Part shown: positions 1 through 9,626 of the stretch, in pieces
How positions within the stretch are numbered: position 1 is the stretch's first letter
How the letters are laid out: each line of letters opens with the position of its first letter
Assembly (NCBI GenBank): GCA_031409655.1
Contig: JANNXQ010000066.1
Span: 1-64,000 of the forward strand
Origin: Chthoniobacteraceae bacterium
GTDB taxonomy: Bacteria; Verrucomicrobiota; Verrucomicrobiia; Chthoniobacterales; Chthoniobacteraceae
Direction of reading: 5' to 3'
DNA: 64,000 nucleotides
Notes under the pieces: generated by a model
The model's database searches: none
What the model saw: only the letters and a program-made list of their open reading frames with translations
What the model was told of the DNA's origin: nothing
Translations under genes and position numbers: made by a program

Positions 1-6
1 CGCTAT

Positions 7-1222
7 GGAAACGCTGATTTAATCAGACGCGTGGGCAAAGGTCATGAGGAGGTGCGGGGTCGTAGAGGGATGGAAGCCCAACGGAGTTTCGCGCAGACCG
101 AGTATAGCCGCAAAAAGAAGATCACCCGGCGGGAGAAGTTCCTCGGGCAAATGGAGCGGGTGGTGCCGTGGGGGCGGTTGGTGGCGCTCATCGAGCCGCA
201 TTATCCCAAGGGCGAGCGCGGGCGTCCGCCGACGGGGATCGAGAAGATGCTGCGCGTTTACTTTTTGCAGCAGTGGTATGGGCTGGCCGATGAGGCGCTG
301 GAGGACACGATCTATGACAGCCAGGCGATGCGCAATTTTGCGGGCATCGACCTCTCGAGCCAGCGGGTGCCGGATGCGACGACGCTCCTGGGCTTCCGCC
401 ACTTGCTGGAGGCGCACGAACTGACCGCGGGCATCCTCGCCGAGGTCAACGCGCATCTGGAAGAGAAGCACCTGCTGCTGCGCGAGGGCACGCTGGTGGA
501 TGCCACGATCCTCGCCGCGCCCAGTTCGACCAAGAACCGGCAGCGCGAGCGCGACCCGGAGATGCATCAGACCAAGAAAGGCAACCAATGGTATTTCGGC
601 ATGAAGGCGCACATCGGAGCCGATGCGAAGTCCGGGCTGGTGCATACCGTCGTGGGCACGGCGGCCAACGTGTCGGACATCAGCCAGACGCACGCGCTGC
701 TGCACGGAAAAGAGAAGGCCGCGCATGGCGACGCGGGCTATCTCGGCGTGGAGAAGCGCCCGGAAATCATCGCCGCGCACGGCGCAGTCGAGTGGCGGAT
801 CGCGGCCCGGCGCGGCCAGCTCAAAGCCATGCCCGAGAGTTGGGTCAAAGACCTGACGCTGGGCTACGAGAAGCTCAAGGCCCGGGTGCGCGCGCTGGTC
901 GAGCACCCGTTCCACATCGTGAAGAACCTCTTCCGGCACCGGAAAGTGAGGTATCGCGGGCTCAAGAAAAACACCGCGCAACTGCACACTCTCTTCGCCC
1001 TGGCCAACCTGGTCATCGCGCGCAAGCACCTGCTCGCCGCCGCGTAAGCCCGCAACCTCCGCAAAACATCACCGCCAAGCCAGGCAACCGACCGCCAAGA
1101 ACATCAACCACCGCTCAGCACCGCGCAAAAGACCCAAAATCGCGACCAGCCATCATTGAAAAACCGCCGCCCTCGCACCGCAGAACGGGCCATTTGCGCC
1201 GTTCGAGTTAATCAGCGGTTCC
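7..1222 (+). mobile_element. Complete IS5-family insertion sequence (1216 bp)
   Basis: Terminal inverted repeats GGAAACGCTGATT (7-19) and AATCAGCGGTTCC (1210-1222); 4-bp direct repeat CTAT at 3-6 and 1223-1226; single transposase ORF. Confidence 0.95.
70..1047 (+). CDS. IS5-family DDE transposase
   Basis: Motifs MLRVYFLQQWY, VPDATT, LVDAT, WYFGMKAHIG, GDAGY, RALVEHPF; ATG at 70 follows AGAGGG. Confidence 0.95.
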   Translation: MEAQRSFAQTEYSRKKKITRREKFLGQMERVVPWGRLVALIEPHYPKGERGRPPTGIEKMLRVYFLQQWYGLADEALEDTIYDSQAMRNFAGIDLSSQRVPDATTLLGFRHLLEAHELTAGILAEVNAHLEEKHLLLREGTLVDATILAAPSSTKNRQRERDPEMHQTKKGNQWYFGMKAHIGADAKSGLVHTVVGTAANVSDISQTHALLHGKEKAAHGDAGYLGVEKRPEIIAAHGAVEWRIAARRGQLKAMPESWVKDLTLGYEKLKARVRALVEHPFHIVKNLFRHRKVRYRGLKKNTAQLHTLFALANLVIARKHLLAAA

Positions 1223-1224
1223 CT

Positions 1225-3663
1225 ATGGAAGGGAATCCCGACGCAGCCCCGAACATAGCCAGCGACGCATGGCATCCGGGGCGGAGATCTTTGGCGGCAC
1301 AGCTTTTTTTGCTCTCAGGAGCGAGTGTTTCCGTTTTCCTCGCAGGGGGACCGCAAGAGGGAAATCTTGCGGTATTTTTGATTTTCGCGGGGCTGGCCCT
1401 GGTCGCCTGCCGGCCGGTGGCAGAAGTGGATGGCATTCGCTGGGGCATCGCGGGAGGGCTCGTCCTCATGGCTTCCCTCGCGCTGCTGCCGCAAGGCTGG
1501 CTGCCGACACCCGCGTGGCGACAGGGACTGATGGCAGCGGGCGCTCCGCTTGGCGCGCCGATCTCCACGATGCCGGGCGAAACCCTGTTTTGGCTGGCCA
1601 TCCTCGGGGTCAGCGCGGGTATCGCGCTCTTCAGCCTCACCCACCCGATGCGCTCTTCTGGGAGCCTCACGGTGGCCACGGCGGGGGTGGTCATCTGCGG
1701 GGCTTATGCGGCGCTCGCGCTGTTTTGCCTGAAGTCTGGATGGGAGTTTCCCTTTGATCCCGATCCTGAGGAGTTCGGATTTTTCCGGAACAGGAATCAT
1801 ACCTCGGCCTTCCTGGTGACCGGCTGCGTGCTCGCGCTCGGGGTGCTTGCCGTGGCTTTTCGCCACCGCCACTGGGTCGCAGGCTCGGGCGCTGCGGTCA
1901 GTCTCGTCATCTGCCTCACCGGGTTGCTCTTTTTCACCACCTCGCGCGGTGGGATCGTGGTGCTCGTCGGCGGCGCGATGCTCTGGATCGGCGGGCTCGG
2001 ATCGGCGCATCGCTCGAAGCCTCTGCTCGTCTCCTTTGGGGCCGTTTTCGTCGCCGGAATTTTTCTCTTTCTCGCGCCGCAGAGTGTCGTGAAAAAGCGC
2101 ATGCTCGCCATCGTCGGCGGGGAGAAAAGCTCCGAGACAACGACAACGGCAGGCGGCGCCACTGCGGACCCACGGGTCCGAATCTACCGCGATACATTCC
2201 GCTTGATCGGCGATTTTCCGCTCACCGGGACGGGGCTTGGGACCTTCCGCTGGGTCTTCCCTCAGTATCGAAAGAGTGTCCACACGGACTCGCCGGCGGC
2301 GCATCCCGAGAGTGACTGGATGATGCTCGCCGCGGAGGCGGGATTGCCCTCCGTGGCGCTGCTCTTTTTCGGCATCGGGGTCCTGCTGCGCCGGGCCTGG
2401 CGGCAAAGAAGCCACCCCTACTGGCCCCTGCGGTGGGCGCTACTCTGCGCGGCGCTCTCCGCGGTGCTGCACGGTTTTGTGGACGTGCCCGCGCACCGAA
2501 CGGCACTGGGCTGGTGGGTACTCGTCATCGCGGGAGTCGGATTGCAGACACCACCGCGGCACCACCGGCGTCCGCCACGGTGGCAGCACGCGATCTTCGT
2601 CCTCACGGGCCTCGGCTCGGTCGCGCTCGGCATCCAACTGGCGCGCGCGCAGTGGTTCGCCGGTCCATCTTCGGCGCCGCTCGCGCCCTTTGCCGCATTG
2701 CCGAAGATCATCCAACTCCGCGTCGATGGCCAGCCTCAAGCATCCGCCGATGCCGCCCGCGCGGCCATCCGCGAACATCCGATGGCCGAACGGCTCTACT
2801 TTCACCTCGGCCTGGCGCTGCTCGAGATCGACGGCCAGACGGCGGAAGCGGAGCGGACGTTCCGCGCCCAGGCACTGCTCAATCCCTACTCCGCCACTCT
2901 GCGGATCGAGCAGGCCGCGGTCTGGCTGGAGCGCGATCCGCAGCGGGCTGCGGCACGGTGTGCGGAAGCCATCTCCATCCAGGAGCAGCTCGACAGCGGT
3001 CGCCAGTCTGCGGACAAAATTGCGGAGGTGCGTTTCCGGGAAATCCTCGCCCTCGCTGCTGAATCGCCAGCCGCCCAGCGTCACCTGCTCCCCGCCATCA
3101 TGCACCTGCCCGGGCACGCCCTCACCTTGCTGGAGCGCGCCGCGCCGGAGGTTGCCGCCGCCGAGCTGCCGCGAATGGTCGCCGATGAAACCTTCCTCGG
3201 ACGCCTCGACGGCCCCGCCCGCATCCGCTTCCTGGACGTGTGGTATAAAAATGGCGACCGCGACGCCCTCCTGGCGTTTCTCGCCAATCGCGCGGATTGG
3301 GAAAAGGCCGCGTGGCCGATCCAAATGAAACGCCTCGTGGATACCGGCAAACATGAGGAAGCCACCCGCGCCTCGGCCCAGCGATACGCCGTGAATCTGA
3401 CGCTCCCGCCGCCCGGCACCGACGACTCCGGTCCGCGCGCCGGGGACTCCACCAGCGCCGTGGAGGCCTTTCAACGCGCCTGGCGCGCGGGCAATACCGT
3501 CAGCGCCCGACGCCTCCTCGACGAGGCGCGTGCGCAGCCTCCCGTGCCGCCGGAAGTGTGGCGCCTGAGCGCCGCTCTCGCCGCGTCCGACGGCCTGTGG
3601 CCCGCAGCGTGGAGCAACCTTTCCCAATACATCCGCGCCGCTCGTCTCGATAGCCCGCCATGA
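1225..3663 (+). CDS. O-antigen ligase (Wzy_C) family membrane protein with TPR-like C-terminus
   Basis: Multiple TM segments, F.NRNH, TSRGG, PLTGTGLGTF and HPESDW motifs; start placed at MEGNPD directly after the IS end. Confidence 0.8.
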   Translation: MEGNPDAAPNIASDAWHPGRRSLAAQLFLLSGASVSVFLAGGPQEGNLAVFLIFAGLALVACRPVAEVDGIRWGIAGGLVLMASLALLPQGWLPTPAWRQGLMAAGAPLGAPISTMPGETLFWLAILGVSAGIALFSLTHPMRSSGSLTVATAGVVICGAYAALALFCLKSGWEFPFDPDPEEFGFFRNRNHTSAFLVTGCVLALGVLAVAFRHRHWVAGSGAAVSLVICLTGLLFFTTSRGGIVVLVGGAMLWIGGLGSAHRSKPLLVSFGAVFVAGIFLFLAPQSVVKKRMLAIVGGEKSSETTTTAGGATADPRVRIYRDTFRLIGDFPLTGTGLGTFRWVFPQYRKSVHTDSPAAHPESDWMMLAAEAGLPSVALLFFGIGVLLRRAWRQRSHPYWPLRWALLCAALSAVLHGFVDVPAHRTALGWWVLVIAGVGLQTPPRHHRRPPRWQHAIFVLTGLGSVALGIQLARAQWFAGPSSAPLAPFAALPKIIQLRVDGQPQASADAARAAIREHPMAERLYFHLGLALLEIDGQTAEAERTFRAQALLNPYSATLRIEQAAVWLERDPQRAAARCAEAISIQEQLDSGRQSADKIAEVRFREILALAAESPAAQRHLLPAIMHLPGHALTLLERAAPEVAAAELPRMVADETFLGRLDGPARIRFLDVWYKNGDRDALLAFLANRADWEKAAWPIQMKRLVDTGKHEEATRASAQRYAVNLTLPPPGTDDSGPRAGDSTSAVEAFQRAWRAGNTVSARRLLDEARAQPPVPPEVWRLSAALAASDGLWPAAWSNLSQYIRAARLDSPP

Positions 3664-4112
3664 TCCCGCTCGCTGCGTCCCGACTCATGAATCCCGCCGA
3701 AAAGGAGCTGCAACTCGTCGCTCGATTTTCGATCATCGAAGACCTGCACGAGCGCCTCGCCGCAGTGACGGAGCGCGCGCGCAAACTCCCGACGCTCGCG
3801 GACGCAGAAAAGATCGACGCCCACCGGGTGCAAGGTTGCGTCTCACGCGTGTGGCTCGTTGGCTCGATGGAGGGCGGACGCTGCCGCTTCCGGCTCGATG
3901 CGGATTCGGCGTTGGTGAAGGGACTCGCGGCCTTGCTCTGCGAGGTCTTCGACGACGGTGAAGCGCGCGACATCGTCCACTTTGAATCCACAGTGCTCAA
4001 CGCCCTGCGACTCTCGGAAAATCTCTCCCCCACGCGCCGCCAGGGGCTCAGCCAAGTGCAGCGCGCGATGCGCGAGTTTGCGGCGGGAGCGCTGGCGAAA
4101 AATCTCCCGTGA
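3660..4112 (+). CDS. sufE: SufE-family Fe-S metabolism protein
   Basis: RVQGCVSRVWL, DADSALVKGL, LSPTRRQGL motifs. Confidence 0.9.
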   Translation: MIPLAASRLMNPAEKELQLVARFSIIEDLHERLAAVTERARKLPTLADAEKIDAHRVQGCVSRVWLVGSMEGGRCRFRLDADSALVKGLAALLCEVFDDGEARDIVHFESTVLNALRLSENLSPTRRQGLSQVQRAMREFAAGALAKNLP

Positions 4113-4906
4113 TCGACGCCCACAATCATCTGCACGACGCGCGACTCGCTCCGCACTTGTCGGAGATCCGGCCCGCGCTCGCGCGACTCGCCGTCGAGCG
4201 CGCCGTGGTGAATGGCACGCGCGAAGCAGATTGGGCCGCCGTCGCCGCGCTGGCCGCAGAGCAGACGTGGGTGCTGCCTTCCTTTGGCCTGCACCCTTGG
4301 CACATCCACGGGCGCTCGGGCGAGTGGCTCGGGAATTTGGAGCGCCTGCTCGCGGCCCATCCATCCGCGGGCGTCGGCGAGATCGGGCTCGACCGCTGGA
4401 TCGCCGATCACGACATCGCCGATCAGAGCGCAGTCTTCCGCGCGCAACTCTCCCTGGCCGCAACGCTCAATCGTCCGGTGACGATCCACTGTCTGCGCGC
4501 CTGGGGCGCGCTTTGGGAAATCCTCCGCAGCCACGCATTGCCGGCTCGCGGCTTCCTCATCCACGCCTACGGAGGCCCGGCGGAAATGACGCACGGCTTC
4601 CTCGATCACGGCGGCTACTTTTCCTTCAACGCCTATTTTCTCCACGAGCGGAAAGCGGCGCAGCGCGAAATCTTCCGCCACCTGCCTGGCGATCGCATCC
4701 TCTTGGAAACGGACGCGCCGGACCTCCCACCGCCGGTGGAGCGCAATCCGCATCCGCTCACGGATACCGCGGGAAACGCGATCAATCATCCCGCGAATCT
4801 CGCGCTGGCCTACGCATCATTGGCGGAATTGCGCGGCGTCCCCCTGAATGAACTCGTGGCGCAAGTCCGGGGAAATTTTGCGCGCCTCTTCGTTTCGGCG
4901 GCGTGA
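4109..4906 (+). CDS. tatD: TatD-family hydrolase
   Basis: IDAHNH, GLHPW, VGEIGLD, IHC, LLETDAPD. Confidence 0.9.
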   Translation: MIDAHNHLHDARLAPHLSEIRPALARLAVERAVVNGTREADWAAVAALAAEQTWVLPSFGLHPWHIHGRSGEWLGNLERLLAAHPSAGVGEIGLDRWIADHDIADQSAVFRAQLSLAATLNRPVTIHCLRAWGALWEILRSHALPARGFLIHAYGGPAEMTHGFLDHGGYFSFNAYFLHERKAAQREIFRHLPGDRILLETDAPDLPPPVERNPHPLTDTAGNAINHPANLALAYASLAELRGVPLNELVAQVRGNFARLFVSAA

Positions 4907-5034
4907 CTCGCGCAAGCTCGCTGGGAGCGCCGCCGTCCTCGTGCGGCATCGTTCCAAACGCGCAGCGCCATTCGAAGATGCGCGCTCCGCGCGGAATGTT
5001 TTTTGGATGCCGCACGGGACAGCGGTGCTCCCGG

Positions 5035-6474
5035 CTACAGGCCTTCGGGACGCCAGGCATCCAGCGGCGTGAACTCGGCAGGATCGATCCGCACGCGCGA
5101 ACCAAACGGCGCGGCCACGATGCTCCGCGTGCTCAGGCTCCCCTGCTCCACGCGGACGGATGGAAAGCCCGCATCGAGCGCGCGGTAGAGATCGGGGTGG
5201 TGCTCGAGCGTTGCGCGTTGCACCGACTCCGGAAACTGGCTGAGGCCCGCAAAATAATGATGCCCATTCCGCTCGACGTGGGTGATGCCGAGCGTCGCAG
5301 CGACGGCGAGATCCTGGAGCAGCGCGACGGGACCGAGGTTCGTGAGATCTTCGCCGCTGAGATGCAGGTCGCGCTGCGGTTCGAGACGACGCCGCTGGGC
5401 GATGAGGCAGGCATTCGCGAGACCGCGGATCACGCCTTTGCAATTTTTATGACTCGTGCCCGCATAGCCTCCGTCGAGCGCGATCTCGACGGCATGGAGA
5501 TCACCTTCGCTCTCGTCGATGATGATCGGCGGCCGCTCGCGCCAGCCGCGCAAAGCCTCGCTGGTGGCTGGCGAGAGGGCCACGTCGCGATGCAGCGGCT
5601 GCTCCACAAAGATGAGCCCGCGCAGAAAACGCGCGATCACCGGATCGGCCTGAAATTCCTCCCAGAGCGCGCGGAAGGGCGCGACGTCGCGGTAGTTCTC
5701 ATTGCCATCGAGCGTGAAGGCGCAGCCTGGGGCCACGCGATCGAGCAGCTTCGCCAGCGCAGAGAGTCGGGCGCGGTCGTGTTCGACGTTGCCGCCGAGC
5801 TTGATCTTGAAATGGGTGAGTCCGTAGGCGGCCACACATTCCTCCAGCGCCTGCGGCAGACCATCGCGCACGCGTTCGGGCTCGGGGATTTCGTCGATCG
5901 TAAGCGGATCGGTGAGCCCCACGGTGTGCCGCGCGATCACGGAGGTGAGCGGCTCGCGCGGGAGGAAATCCGCGGAGGCCCCGGCGAGTTCCGGATGGAT
6001 TGCGCCAAAGTCGATGGCGAAGGCATCCTCCCGCACGGCGCGGGCGAAGGTCACGCCGGTCGCCTGGCAGAAGGCGTCGATGACGGCGCGCTCGACGATG
6101 GTGACGCCGAAATTCCAGAGCAGTGGCGGAAAGCCGCGCCCGGCACCCCACCTTTCCTGCGCCGCATGGACCGCTTGCCAGAGGGCGAAGACCGACGGTT
6201 GCACCCCGGCTTCCAGTGCGACGCGGCAGGCGTGATGGATCACTTCGATGATCTCCTCGAGGTCGTCGCGGAAGGTCGTCGCCGGATTTTTCGTGAACCA
6301 CTTCGGCACCAGATTATCCGCCGCCACTCCGTGCGCTACTCGACCATCGATCTCCGCCTTCACGCAGGCAAACAAGTGCGGCACCCGCGTCAGCGTGGTG
6401 ATGCCGTAGCGAAAGGGGATGCGGGTGGTGAGGTCGTTGACGACCAGGGAAGTTTCGAGGATGCGGATTTTCAT
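5035..6474 (-). CDS. Enolase-superfamily (mandelate racemase-like) protein
   Basis: HFKIKL, TLDGNE, FVEQP, IIDES, HKNCKG acid/metal-ligand pattern. Confidence 0.65.
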   Translation of the reverse strand: MKIRILETSLVVNDLTTRIPFRYGITTLTRVPHLFACVKAEIDGRVAHGVAADNLVPKWFTKNPATTFRDDLEEIIEVIHHACRVALEAGVQPSVFALWQAVHAAQERWGAGRGFPPLLWNFGVTIVERAVIDAFCQATGVTFARAVREDAFAIDFGAIHPELAGASADFLPREPLTSVIARHTVGLTDPLTIDEIPEPERVRDGLPQALEECVAAYGLTHFKIKLGGNVEHDRARLSALAKLLDRVAPGCAFTLDGNENYRDVAPFRALWEEFQADPVIARFLRGLIFVEQPLHRDVALSPATSEALRGWRERPPIIIDESEGDLHAVEIALDGGYAGTSHKNCKGVIRGLANACLIAQRRRLEPQRDLHLSGEDLTNLGPVALLQDLAVAATLGITHVERNGHHYFAGLSQFPESVQRATLEHHPDLYRALDAGFPSVRVEQGSLSTRSIVAAPFGSRVRIDPAEFTPLDAWRPEGL

Positions 6475-6478
6475 TGGA

Positions 6479-8146
6479 TCAGTCGGGGCGGGAGGAATGC
6501 CGGGCGCGGACATTTTGTCCGCTCACGCGGACGGCACCGAACCAAAGCGCGACCGTCCCAGCAGCGAAGACGAGGAAGCCGCCCGGGAAAAATTTCGCCG
6601 CCAGCACTTCCATCCCGAAGTGCTGCACCGTCCACCAATCGCCATCGGCCGCCGCGAGCTTTGCCACGAGTAAAGAGCGACCCTCGTGCGGCAGGTGGAG
6701 GGCCAGCAGGACACCGCCGGCCAGCAAGCTGAAAGGCACAAAGCCGGTGAGCAAATTCCACCACAAAATCCGCCGCAGCCGGACGGACGGCGCGCGGATA
6801 AAGACGCGCGCGACCAGCGCCATGAGGCCGAGCAGACAGACTTGCGTGAGACCGCCTTGCGCCGCGCCATAGCGGGGCGCAACGGAGAGGAGCAGACAAT
6901 TGAGAGTGAACGTGAGCGCCAGCGCGATCCCCCAGGGCCGGAGCGAGACGCCTCGCAGTTGCGTCGCGATCTCGGTCCGGAGCGTCCAGAGCGTGGGACC
7001 GAAAATGGTGAGCAGGGTGGCAGCCATCCAGGAACTGAGGGCGATCGCGGTGTAGTAGGCATCGTCCGCATTCTGCGCCATGGAACGCGGGCTCGGCGTG
7101 GCCCTCCAGCGATCACGCAGATCGGTCGGCAGAAGCCCGACGACGTGATCCACAAAGTTCAGCGCCACACGCGCTGGCAGCGACTGACCGGCATCCCAAG
7201 TGACCACAGGATTCTGCGCGACGCGCTGCGCGAGCCCGTAAGAAAGGACCGTCCAGAGCTGCCATCCGGCACACGTCCCGAGCATGATCGCGATCCCTGC
7301 CGCCCAGACGACTCGCCGGTGCGCGAGTTCCCGGATCGCCGGCCAGCCAAAGGCGACGAAAAGAAAGGGCACGCAGAGAGCCGACGATTCGTGAGCGGCG
7401 ATGGCCACACCGAACCAGAAGATGCTCAGCAGCGCCGAAGCATTTTCCCCATTTTCCCGATGGCGCAACGCCTCCAGAATCGCGGCGACGAAGAACCCAG
7501 CCGCCAGCCACATCGGCCAGAGATTTTGCAGATGCACGAGGTAGAAAGCGGAAAGGCAGACGCACGCCACGGCCCAGCGGCGACGGGCGAGCTGCGCCGG
7601 AGTCCGCGCCCCGGCGACGAGGACGAGGACACCCGCGGCCGTCGTCCCCGCGACGTAAATCTGGTAGGCGGCGAGGCTCGGATGAAACGGCAGGCAAAGG
7701 ATCGCGCCGGCGGCAAACGCGGGACTGCGGGCGAGGTGCGAAAGGCCGAAAGCCTGCTCCCAACTTGCTCTGGCCATGCCGAAGTGCTGCATCCAATCAC
7801 CGCCCATGAGCCACATGCCCGGAAAGGGAATCACGCACATGACGCCGAGCGTGAAGAGGCAGGTGAGGTAGTAAGTTCGCAGTTCCGGCGCGCCGAGGTC
7901 GAGGTCCCGGCGATGATAAATCCACAGCCCCACCACGGCCGCGAGCAGCCCGAGATACCAGGCCCACGGAGGCGTGCGCGTCATGATCGAAAACGTCCCA
8001 GCGAGGCACCACACGGCGCTGCCCATCAAGGGTGCGGCCCAGGCCCGGTCGTCAGCGCAGCGCGCGAGTTGCAAGGTGACTTGTCCCGTCGCGGCGAGGA
8101 TGAGCGGGAAGAGCAGGCACGCGGCGACGAGCAGGAGCGGGGTCAT
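6479..8146 (-). CDS. Polytopic membrane protein (possibly GT-C glycosyltransferase-like)
   Basis: About 14 hydrophobic segments, GDW..H loop; function inferred weakly. Confidence 0.6.
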   Translation of the reverse strand: MTPLLLVAACLLFPLILAATGQVTLQLARCADDRAWAAPLMGSAVWCLAGTFSIMTRTPPWAWYLGLLAAVVGLWIYHRRDLDLGAPELRTYYLTCLFTLGVMCVIPFPGMWLMGGDWMQHFGMARASWEQAFGLSHLARSPAFAAGAILCLPFHPSLAAYQIYVAGTTAAGVLVLVAGARTPAQLARRRWAVACVCLSAFYLVHLQNLWPMWLAAGFFVAAILEALRHRENGENASALLSIFWFGVAIAAHESSALCVPFLFVAFGWPAIRELAHRRVVWAAGIAIMLGTCAGWQLWTVLSYGLAQRVAQNPVVTWDAGQSLPARVALNFVDHVVGLLPTDLRDRWRATPSPRSMAQNADDAYYTAIALSSWMAATLLTIFGPTLWTLRTEIATQLRGVSLRPWGIALALTFTLNCLLLSVAPRYGAAQGGLTQVCLLGLMALVARVFIRAPSVRLRRILWWNLLTGFVPFSLLAGGVLLALHLPHEGRSLLVAKLAAADGDWWTVQHFGMEVLAAKFFPGGFLVFAAGTVALWFGAVRVSGQNVRARHSSRPD

Positions 8147-8173
8147 GCGAACAGCGGCGAAGTTTTCGCGGGG

Positions 8174-8268
8174 AACATCGAACGTCGAACGTCGAACGTC
8201 GAACATCGAACGACACTACCGGCTGCGTTCGTTCGGTGTTCGATGTTCGGTGTTCGACGTCCGATGTT
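8174..8268. repeat. Inverted heptamer tandem-repeat hairpin (AACRTCG)n / (CGRYGTT)n
   Basis: aacatcg aacgtcg aacgtcg aacgtcg aacatcg ... cggtgtt cgatgtt cggtgtt cgacgt ccgatgtt. Confidence 0.85.
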
Positions 8269-8291
8269 TTCCCCTTCCCCCACCCCGTCAC

Positions 8292-9554
8292 TCACTCCTC
8301 CACCCGATAGAGGTGCGTCTTGCTGCGCAGATAGAGCGCCTTCCCCGAGACCGCTGGCGACGCCATGAAGCCGTCCGGAAATTGATTCTCCGCCAGCAGC
8401 TTGAACTCCCGTCCCGTCGCAAAGGCCGCCACTTTTCCCTCCTCATTGCAGACGTAGATCCGCCCGCCAGCATAGACCGGCGACGCCGAGCAATTGCCTC
8501 CGACGCGCGCGGTCCACACGGGATTGCCCGTCTTCGCCTCGTAGCAACTCGCGATACCGCCGTCGTCGATCATGTAGAGCAGATCGTCCACGAGGAGGAC
8601 GCTGGGTTTGTTGGCCACGCTCTTCTTTTGCCGCCAGGCGAGCTGCTCTTCGGCGAGCACGCCTTTGCCACCGAGTTTCACGGCGACGAGCTGGCCCTTG
8701 CTGAAGCCGGTTTGAAAAAAGACGAGTCCGTGCCCGACCACCGGCCGCGAACTCGCGCTGTGCTGCGCGAGTTCCTCAAAGCGCCACACTTCCTTCCCGG
8801 TGCGCGGATCATAGGCGTAGTGCGCCTTGGCCCCGCTGCTCAGGAGCAGGGATTCGCCACCTTGCTCGATCACCGTCGGAGTCGCGAAGGCCTTGCGCAG
8901 ATCCCCTTCCCCGGTCGGTTTCCCCTCTTTGTCGAGATCCTGGAAGTCCACCGAACGCTTCGTCTCCCAGACGGTCTTGCCGGTCTTCTTGTCGAGCGCG
9001 ACGACAAACTGATGATCGCTGCCGTCGAAGTTCATGATCAGCAGATCGCGCCAGAGGATCGGTGATGAACCCGCGCCGCGATAGTGATTGCAGACGAAGT
9101 CGGTGCGCTCCCAAATTTTCGCCCCGGTCTTCATGTCGAGGCAGGCGGTGCCGGGCGAGCCGAAGGTGACATAGGCGCGGCCTTCCTCGAGCACCGGGGT
9201 CGGCGAGGCGTAGCTGTTGAATTTGTGGCAGAACTGCGGGTTGGCGACGCGGAAGAGCACCTCGTCGCGCAGCACTTTTCCCGTCTCCTTATCCACGCAG
9301 AGCACCGAGAGTTCGGTGCCGACTTCGGTCGCCGTGGTGAGCCAGATTTGCGATCCCCAGAGCACCGGCGACGACCAGCCCTTGCCGTGAATCGCGGTCT
9401 TCCACTTGACCTTTTCGGTATCGCTGAACTTGAGCGGCAGGGTGGTGGCGTCAGTGTGACCATCGCCAGTGGGACCGCGGAATTGCGGCCAGTTGGCCGC
9501 GGCAAAAAGGGACGAGGATGAGACGAGCAGGCAGACGAGGAGGCGGGAGAACAT
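8292..9554 (-). CDS. Secreted PQQ-binding-like beta-propeller protein (BamB-like repeats)
   Basis: Signal peptide, NWPQFRGP, repeated SSP/TG..W motifs. Confidence 0.9.
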   Translation of the reverse strand: MFSRLLVCLLVSSSSLFAAANWPQFRGPTGDGHTDATTLPLKFSDTEKVKWKTAIHGKGWSSPVLWGSQIWLTTATEVGTELSVLCVDKETGKVLRDEVLFRVANPQFCHKFNSYASPTPVLEEGRAYVTFGSPGTACLDMKTGAKIWERTDFVCNHYRGAGSSPILWRDLLIMNFDGSDHQFVVALDKKTGKTVWETKRSVDFQDLDKEGKPTGEGDLRKAFATPTVIEQGGESLLLSSGAKAHYAYDPRTGKEVWRFEELAQHSASSRPVVGHGLVFFQTGFSKGQLVAVKLGGKGVLAEEQLAWRQKKSVANKPSVLLVDDLLYMIDDGGIASCYEAKTGNPVWTARVGGNCSASPVYAGGRIYVCNEEGKVAAFATGREFKLLAENQFPDGFMASPAVSGKALYLRSKTHLYRVEE

Positions 9555-9626
9555 GGTGGTAAGCTAGTAATCCGCGAAGCGTCTTGCACCACAGAAACTT
9601 CCGCGCAGGCTTCTTCGCGCGCTCTT

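Noticed and set aside
19..1029. 336-aa ORF antisense to the transposase, and the many other long overlapping ORFs (e.g. 4903-6732, 6686-8368, 25504-27354)
   Set aside because: Shadow ORFs from high-GC codon bias opposite genes with clear family motifs.
8174..8268. Possible CRISPR array
   Set aside because: 7-bp tandem units with no unique spacers; no cas genes and no 25-45 bp spaced repeats anywhere in the window.
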